Below are positions 25,171-32,638 of a stretch of 32,638 nt of DNA, one piece after another. Location: assembly GCA_000442015.1 (NCBI GenBank), contig KE560857.1:1-32638 (forward strand), read 5' to 3'. A program made the position numbers and the translations under genes. How positions within the stretch are numbered: position 1 is the stretch's first letter; every line of letters begins with the position of its first letter. The notes beneath the pieces were generated by a model. That model made no database searches. It had not been told where the DNA came from and was given only the letters and a program-made list of their open reading frames with translations. This stretch comes from Rozella allomycis CSF55 (Eukaryota).

Positions 25171-26199
25171 ATGGGTCGCGGATTCGGTAAAATATGTTTA
25201 ATTTTGATATTTTACGTTTAATTATTTATGTGATTTTTGAAAGAATTGTTCTAATTTTTAGGTGATCGTGGAGGAGGAATGACACGCGGAGGACGTGGCG
25301 GATTTTCAGATCGTGGAGGACGTGGAGGTTCTAGAGGAGGAGGCCGAGGAGGAAGTCGAGGTGGATTTTCTGGTCGCGGTGGAGACAGAGGAGGTCGTGG
25401 TGGAAGTCGCGGTGGCAGTCGTGGAGGAGATAGAGGCGGCCGTGGTCGTGGAGCTCCAAGAGGAAGAGGAAAGGCTGGTTTAGGATCCAAAGTTATTGTT
25501 GAGCCACATAGACATGAAGGAGTGTATGTTGCCCGCGGAAAAGAAGATTTGCTTGTTACAAAGAACTTGGTGCCAGGCGAAAGTGTTTATGGAGAGAAGA
25601 GAATTTCGGTTGACAATGCCGACGGAACTAAAACAGAATATCGCGTGTGGAATCCATTCAGATCTAAATTAGCTGCTGGTATTTTAGGAGGCATTGAAAA
25701 CATCCACATAGCGCCAGGAAAGAAAGTCCTTTACTTGGGTGCTGCTAACGGTACGACAGTTTCACACGTTGCGGATATCGTTGGACCAACTGGTCTTGTG
25801 TACGCAGTAGAATTCTCCCATCGCTCTGGCAGAGATTTAGTCAACATGGCCAAGAAAAGAACAAACGTCATTCCAATTGTCGAAGACGCTCGTCACCCAC
25901 ACAAATATCGAATGCTCATTGGAATGGTTGACGTCATTTTTGCTGATGTGGCTCAACCTGATCAAGGGCGTATCGTCGCCTTGAACGCCCACAACTTTTT
26001 AAAGAACGAAGGGCACGTCGTCATTTCTATTAAAGCTAACTGTATTGATTCAACCGTTGATGCTGCGACTGTTTTCGCCAGCGAAGTTAATAAATTGAAA
26101 GAAGAGAAAATAAAACCAAGAGAACAACTCACCTTGGAGCCTTATGAGCGTGATCATGCTTTGGTTGTCGGTGTCTATCGTGCTGCCCCAAAGAAATAA
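25171..26199 (+). CDS. NOP1: Fibrillarin (C/D snoRNP rRNA 2'-O-methyltransferase), 1 intron 25187-25261
   Basis: GAR domain, then [57 protein letters not shown]. Confidence 0.98.
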
Positions 26200-26319
26200 A
26201 GCATTTAATTTATAGCCATTTTAACATTCAATTTATTTGAATTTGTGTTAATCATTAACACTAATGGAAACATTGTCTAATTTTGTTTCGTCCAAATCCC
26301 CTGGCGATAATACTTTTTC

Positions 26320-27639
26320 ATGTCTTTAACGAATAAAGAGATAACGAGATATAGTAGACAAATTCTTATCCCAACAATAAGGAAAAAAGGTATATTTTTC
26401 TCTAGCTTTGAAAAGGACAACAGGCGTTAAAAGATTCCACCGTTGGAATAATTGGAATGGGTGGTTTAGGCTCCCCATGTGCTTTTTATTTAGCTGCTGC
26501 TGGAATAGGTATATTATTTCTTAATATTCCAATCCAGGGAAATTAGTTCTTGTTGATTATGATGTTGTTGAAGAAACAAATTTGCATCGACAAATTATTC
26601 ATTCTCACTCCAGCTTAGGCGTCAGCAAGGTTGAGTCTGCAGCCCAAAAAATTAAAGATCTAAATCCTCATTGTTCTGTAATAGTCCATAATGTCTTATT
26701 GGGGCGATCCAATTGTCTGGATATTTTGCAATGTTGCGATGTTGTTGTTGATTGCACGGATAACGTACTAAGTAGGTATTTGGTAAATGATGCATGCGTT
26801 CTCTTACACAAACCCTTGGTGTCAGGAAGTGCATTGAAAATGGAAGGTCAACTCACTGTCTATCACTATGAGAATGGGCCTTGCTATAGATGCCTTTTTC
26901 CAGTACCTCCCCCCAAAGAAACAGTCACAAATTGTTCTGATGGGGGTGTAATAGGTCCCGGTAATTATTTCTTTTAGATTTTTCTAGTTTGCGGAGTCAT
27001 CGGTAGCATGCAGGCCATGGAAGTGATTAAAATAATATCTCAAGGGTCATGCAGTAAGTCTTTAAATATTAAATAAAAGGTTATAGCGGGCACATGTTTC
27101 TCTTCAATGGGCAAGATGGGACAACAAGAAAGGTGACTCTACGGTCGCGAAACAAAGACTGTGATGTATGCGGCGATCAACCTAAAATTAAAGAGCTAAT
27201 TGATTTCGAAGTTTTTTGCAATATGAAAGCTAATGATAAAGTAATTACAACCCTGTCACATCCTTAGACCCCTGCTTTAAGCCTAATTGATTCCTCATAC
27301 AGGTTAAGTCCCGAGGATTACAAAAACATCATGTCTGAAAAGCATTTCCTTATTGATGTGAGAAGTGCTCTTCAATTTGAAATATGCGCCCTCCCCGGTA
27401 GCATAAATTTGTCTCTGACAGAAATCGATTCCGAAATTCAAAGCGTATGCCCAAGCAAAGATGAAACAAGTATATTTTTTGTCAAAAATAAACTAGTAAT
27501 CTGTATTTGTCGTCGTGGAAATAATTCGCAAAGAGCGGTCAAGAAATTGCTAGACTTGGGCTACAAAAATGTAAAGGATATAATTGGAGGCATCGAAGGC
27601 TGGGCCACAAAAGTAGATCCAAGCTTTCCCAAATACTAA
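26320..27639 (+). CDS. UBA4: Adenylyltransferase/sulfurtransferase Uba4/MOCS3 (ThiF + rhodanese), 6 introns
   Basis: [57 protein letters not shown], rhodanese [15 protein letters not shown]. Confidence 0.95.
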
Positions 27640-27651
27640 AATCAATTTTAT

Positions 27652-29065
27652 TTAATCTAATGCTTCATAAAATAAAATGTACACATTTCTATCCTGCTTC
27701 TCCTTTAAGACATTGTCTATATCTGTGGGTAAAATTGTTTCATCATCGAAATGCAACCAACGATTAAATTCTTTCCATAGCACATCGCAGGTGTAATGGC
27801 CACCATTAGTTGACCAGCCGTGATGATATACCACTATTTCAACATCGACAAGTCATCAATTACCAGAAGTTAACTTATATTTTGGTAAGTTTAATTGATT
27901 CAAAGATAAATGTTCTAGGATTACAAATTTGTTGTTTTACTTGCATCAAACTGCAATGTTTCAGGATAAGCCACAAAATCAAAATTTTTTGTTACGCCCA
28001 GTGTTGGATGATATATAAATCTTTTTAAATGAATTATGAGTATTTTGGGCAGTTGCTCTAAGCGCATTTGTTTAATGAATGACTTGTTCCCGCTAGTTAT
28101 CACTTCGGGTCGAACCAATTCATCTAATGCATCCTTCAATGATCGTGCCTTTTGAATGTCTAACTGTAGAAACTGAAATGGCTCAACTGTGATAGTTTTC
28201 TTGTTACTTTTCTTGTCTGTAATGTCCGATCGATATTTTCCACAAAACAATTGAGTGACGAGAGATTTATTTATTTCCGTCTTTGATATGATAAAATATT
28301 TAAATTGTTACATGTCTAGCTTTGACCACTTTATTTCGTTTCCCAACTACGTTCCACATGTCACCTGACGTTTCTTCTTCTTCTCTGTTATTTCTTTGAG
28401 ATGAACGATGGATCTCTTCATTTAGCTCATCAAGAAGGAATCCTAAAAATTCTTGGGCATCTTCTTGCTCACTCTAATTCAAAAGACTGATACTTAATCC
28501 TTACAATCAAAGAATTCAACCTCTTAACGGTTCTCAGTGCGTCGTATACATATTCAGGAAGAAATGGATTGCCAAATTCTGAATCATCATTTCTGGTATC
28601 ATCAATGCGAAACTCGTTCAAAAAGGACAATCTGAATGCCGCTATATCAATCATCTTACATGGCATCAAATAGAATTGTAATAGAGGAAGATGAGATTTG
28701 TAATGACAGAGTTTTAATCATTTCAAAAAAAGCTTCATTAAAAACAAGGGGTTGTAAAATCTATTTGTGACGTTTGGAATAAAGGGTACCGAATTCATGT
28801 AGCATAAATTGCCACCGTTTATTAATCCTCTGGGTAAAATTCTCTGCTTTCTTCTAATGCTCTCTTTCTCTTGTAGAATAACAACTTTATCAGTTTTATC
28901 GGCATTAAACAAATTCGCCCAAGATTTGATTTTTGGGGCTGAAATCTCTGGTTTTTCATCTGTTGTCAAAGATTTTGTATTACAAATACCTGAAAATGTA
29001 AGACTGCTACTCCTTTCCATCTGTGAGAGTTCTTCAAGTGGTATACTTCCAAAAGTAATTTCCAT
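27652..29065 (-). CDS. UBP3: Ubiquitin-specific protease, USP10/Ubp3-like, 6 introns
   Basis: Cys box PRGLINGGNLCYMNS|ILQPL, QEDAQEFLGFLL, EPFQFLQLDIQ, ILIIHLKRFIY, His box YHHG..TNGGHYT, WLHFDDE, YILFY. Confidence 0.9.
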
Positions 29066-29127
29066 ACCCTGAAACCCAGCCTCTGTAGTAAGTTTAAATT
29101 TAAGCTTTATGACCGTCAACTTTAAAA

Positions 29128-29700
29128 ATGTCTTCTTCGAATTGTAAACGAAGAGTGATTATCACGTCAACAGAGGAAAATCAATTTGAACGTGTAGGAA
29201 ATTGAATATTTTCGAATAGGCATTCCAGTATGCTTTGGAGAATATATTAAAGCCTAATTACGATTTGGTAGAGCTAGTGCGCGTAATTCAATCCACCTCT
29301 GCGGTTAAACAAATGACAATGTTGTCGGTCCTTTCATCTTCAAAGTGGACCGAGGCACAGAATAAGGTATAATATAATTCATTGTAATATAAGATTGAAT
29401 CAAATGCCTTTCAAACACTGAAAAACTATGCAATGGTGCTCAATGATTACAACGTAAAGATTAATGGACATTGTAATCAAGATTGCAAATGAGATCAAAG
29501 TATTAAAAGGTGACACAGAAGAAGCTTTAATCGAAAATATTAACAAATTTGGAGCAGACCTACTTATCGTTGCTTCAGATGTTCAAAAATCATTTTTTGA
29601 AAGGTACTTCTAACGAACATTTCTTAATAGAATAATGAATGACAGTATTTCAGAGTACTTATTTCATCAGTCTCCTTGTTCTGTTATTATTGTGAAATAG
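29128..29700 (+). CDS. Universal stress protein (UspA domain), 4 introns; absent from the ORF track
   Basis: Spliced KRRVIIT..ER|AFQYALENILKPNYDLVELVRVI...KGDTEEALIENINKFGADLLIVAS..SFFER|IMNDSISEYLFHQSPCSVIIVK*. Confidence 0.85.
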
Positions 29701-29765
29701 GAAAATAAAGAACGCTTAAGTTGTGACAAGTTAGTCAATATTTAGTCTACATTTTTGGAATCCAA

Positions 29766-29838
29766 GCCCTGATAGCTCAATCGGTAGAGCGTGCGGCTTT
29801 TAACCGCAAGGTTCGGGGTTCGATCCCCCGTTGGGGCG
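29766..29838 (+). tRNA. tRNA-Lys (anticodon UUU), intronless
   Basis: Acceptor stem GCCCTGA/TTGGGGC, D arm GCTC..GAGC, anticodon arm TGCGG-CTTTTAA-CCGCA, T arm CGGGG-TTCGATC-CCCCG, and a downstream T-run. Confidence 0.97.
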
Positions 29839-30287
29839 TTTCTTTTTCAAATGCCGTTATCAATAGTGCCAAAATCAAATAGCTTATTGTGTAAGAAAGA
29901 TAACTTGGACAATTCATCGACCTCGTTCGGAAAATGCCCAACAATAGAAGCTTTTATAACGATTCTTCTTCTTTTACGAATGAAAGCTTGATATTGAGCT
30001 GGTTATGTTCCAGATATTTGATGTTGAACCGTTTGTTTTTCAGATGTTTGTTTTTGAATTGGCCAGTTAATTACAGTTTGTAACAACTAATCTGACACTC
30101 TTGTCAGTCAATTATCTTTGCATTTATAAACTTCTCATCGGGCTTGGGTAATTTACTGTTGTAAGCGAAAGAAGAAGAACGCAAATACAAGAACAATGGT
30201 TCCGAGGATTAAGTTTAATCCGTCAGGACTTAATAAGAGAAATGCAAGACTACACAGACGGTTAGATTCCAAATCTTAATTCGGTTA

Positions 30288-30702
30288 CAGTACTGGTGCC
30301 AGTACGGCAGAAACGATTTTCCCAGGCTGGCGGAAATTGCAAGACGCCTTTACGAAGCATTTATCAGTTTATTCATTCAAAGAGAAGAAATCGTTTAAGT
30401 ATCGAAAAAGTAGAAAAACTTGCATTTATTTATATTAATCAATGCCTTTTGGACAGTATGGACTCACGAGACTACATTGGAAATAATGATTCATTGAGCA
30501 AAGAAAAGTAGCGACCACTATATTAATAAATTACCTACTCACGCCAAAAGACTTGAAGTTCACAGTGTAAAGCTGGCTACTAGCGGAAACAGCAAGACCG
30601 TGCAAACCTGCAAGGACCAAAGAGCCAGTACACGCATAGGCAATGTTTACCGGCACTTACGGTGACTTACCGTATAGTAAATTTTTCTTACCGCAAACAA
30701 CC
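30288..30702 (+). mobile_element. Decayed hAT DNA transposon 3' end (dimerisation-domain fragment + candidate subterminal repeats)
   Basis: QYWCQYGRNDFPRLAEIARRLY, then in another frame SIYQFIHSKRRNRLSIEKVEKLAFIYIN (stop 30511); TTACCG/TTACGG repeats at 30647-30693. Confidence 0.8.
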
Positions 30703-31347
30703 CGCCAGATATCAACCAGATTATCAGATTCAAGTATGTATCAGGTTAAGCCGAGTTCGTTCAATGGTAATGGTCAATTTCCGTAACAGGCACTCTTCGT
30801 ACTCATAGTATCGTTCAACACTCAAAGAGCAGATTACAGAAAATTTCAATCACCGTGAATTACTATTCAATGATAGAAAACTTGATGTTCCTTTATTCAA
30901 GAGTGATAGTCCTGAAGAAGAATGGGAAATGGTCCTTTTGTGGTCAGAAAGAAAGGTTCTATGGAAGTGGTAGTAAAATAAAATAATTTTTGCTACTAAG
31001 AAAGAGTTAATGTATATTGTCCTAAGTTTTCATCAATGGCAGGTATAAAATCATGAATTTACTCTTTTTTCAGCCATGGTGCCTACAGACATGGGTTCCA
31101 AGAAAGTTATTGTATTTTTCGATTAATTTAAGTTGTGCTGTAAATCTTTCGTTGCGAAGTTTGTTTGAATTGTTTTCCCACGGTCTTCGCTGTCCTGAAT
31201 TGTTTCTATTTCGCCTTTGTTCATTCCTTTCTTATGGTAAATTTGGGCGGTATAATCAAAATGGGATAGAATCATAGATTTATCGGGGTGGATAGAATTT
31301 ATAGTCAAACTAAATTAAGATCGCCTATCTACAAGGGTAAGTTAAAG

Positions 31348-31695
31348 ATGGAACACAGAATGAGTTTACAAAGAACATACTTTAACAAAGTCGCTTCTGG
31401 CCAAAAGAAGAAAGAAGGAAGAACAAACTACGGAAAGGCGCTAAAAGTGACTGTAGGCGACAGGATTATTTTCAGTCCAAACGAGGATAAGAATGAGACT
31501 TTGTCCGCAGTCGTTACTGGCGTTACGAACTACCATTCATTCGAATCGATGCTAATAAAGGAGGGTATTGAGTCTCTATTGCCGTCTATGAACCTCACCC
31601 TGACAGAAGCTATTCAGTTATATCAAAGCTTTCCGACTTATCTGGAAAAAGAGAAAGAGTTTGGCGTCAGATGCATCCAGTTTGAATTAGTATAA
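31348..31695 (+). CDS. Stand-alone ASCH (PUA-like) domain protein, intronless
   Basis: HRMSLQRTYFNKVASGQKKKEGR (GxKxxExR), VGDRIIF, YHSFESML..EG, EKEKEFGVRCIQF; resembles the PF0470/ProFAR-isomerase-associated ASCH subtype. Confidence 0.88.
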   Translation: MEHRMSLQRTYFNKVASGQKKKEGRTNYGKALKVTVGDRIIFSPNEDKNETLSAVVTGVTNYHSFESMLIKEGIESLLPSMNLTLTEAIQLYQSFPTYLEKEKEFGVRCIQFELV

Positions 31696-31754
31696 AGTAC
31701 AAATACAGATTACTTGAAGAATAAAGTATATATATCACTTGCCCCATCAGTTAA

Positions 31755-32000
31755 TCATACATCCCCTTTAAAAATTCTATCTGTAGCTAGAAATATGGAC
31801 TTGTTTGCATTATTTAGATACCCAATTTCACAGTTTGCGCAGATTAAAAATCGAATATCACCACCAAAAGAATACATTTGTGTGCGTTTGGTAATTTCAA
31901 TGATATCTATATTTGACAAATCCATCCACTTAAAGAGACTTTCTCAGACATGGACCCATTTCCGGCAACTTTTCTCGATTATAATGACTCGTTACCGTCA
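31755..32000 (-). pseudogene. Possible Mss4/Dss4 (RABIF)-like fragment
   Basis: GDIRFLICANCEIGYLNNANKSIFLATDRI resembles the Mss4 C-terminal CxxC region. The upstream frame is interrupted by stops and no first CxxC was found. Confidence 0.35.
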
Positions 32001-32638
32001 AATTTTGTTTTTAATTGGAATAAAATTGATCATATCTGAATTTATCAACGGAATAGAAACCGGATATTAAGTTATTGGGACCATCAGAATGCAAAACCTT
32101 TACTATATCTCCTACGAACTCTTAATCTTTTCCAGCCTTCCAGTCAATAGACTTTACTTTTCGTCTATTCATTTTGTAACATATATTGCATCTTTGAGCC
32201 AAAAACAGCCAACCTAGTGCCCAGTTGTTGGTGCAAGAACCTAATTTTGCTGATGTAAGCCTTGATTTGACCTGGCACAAATAGTCCATTTGAATTGCTG
32301 TAAAAAGTTAATGCAAGTAAAATTTGTTAAATCATTTAGCGCAAATGGCTCAAAAATACCCACGCGCTTTACGGCTACCCTGTACCCAAGGATGAAGGAT
32401 AAAGGAAATTGTTCCTTTAAAATCATTGTTCACTAGTGTACACTTCACATTATTAAGTAATTTTTTATTGATACTCTTCCCATTCTAGATTGACGTATTC
32501 TATGGCGGTATCAAATTACCGACTCAATTGAATATCCATAATAAAACAACAGAATACATATATATTTAGATAGAAATTGGAAAAAGTAAAACGACTATGC
32601 AAATTTTATTAATTAGATAGATTTAATTGAACAACACC

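Noticed and set aside
29791..29991. 66-aa ORF in the track
   Set aside because: It begins inside the tRNA gene at a GTG and has no coding features.

Overview
AT-rich, extremely gene-dense eukaryotic DNA. I reconstructed about 20 protein genes by hand, split by roughly 70 tiny spliceosomal introns that are almost all 26-32 nt. The gene set and architecture suggest an early-diverging zoosporic fungus or relative (Rozella/Cryptomycota-like); this is an inference. Genes in order: LRGUK/LRRC23-like LRR (partial), NAD synthetase QNS1, GAR1, RBM25/Snu71-like, an orphan membrane protein, BRPF/Nto1, RRP6, a Reeler protein, HSF, RPN5, a CRAL-TRIO protein, a START protein, YeeE/YedE, a Nup1/Nup153-like FG nucleoporin with a 30-bp array, a KDM4-like demethylase, fibrillarin, UBA4, USP10/Ubp3, a UspA-domain gene and tRNA-Lys(UUU). 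After the tRNA comes a decayed zone with a hAT relic, an intronless ASCH gene and an Mss4-like relic. The most notable signal is the splicing. The 3' splice sites appear to be chosen by distance (at least 26 nt), and three introns with no AG in that window appear to use GT-TG boundaries. Also notable are matching long first introns in GAR1 and NOP1, and an AACCCTTG-type start-proximal motif. All exon structures are manual predictions without RNA evidence.
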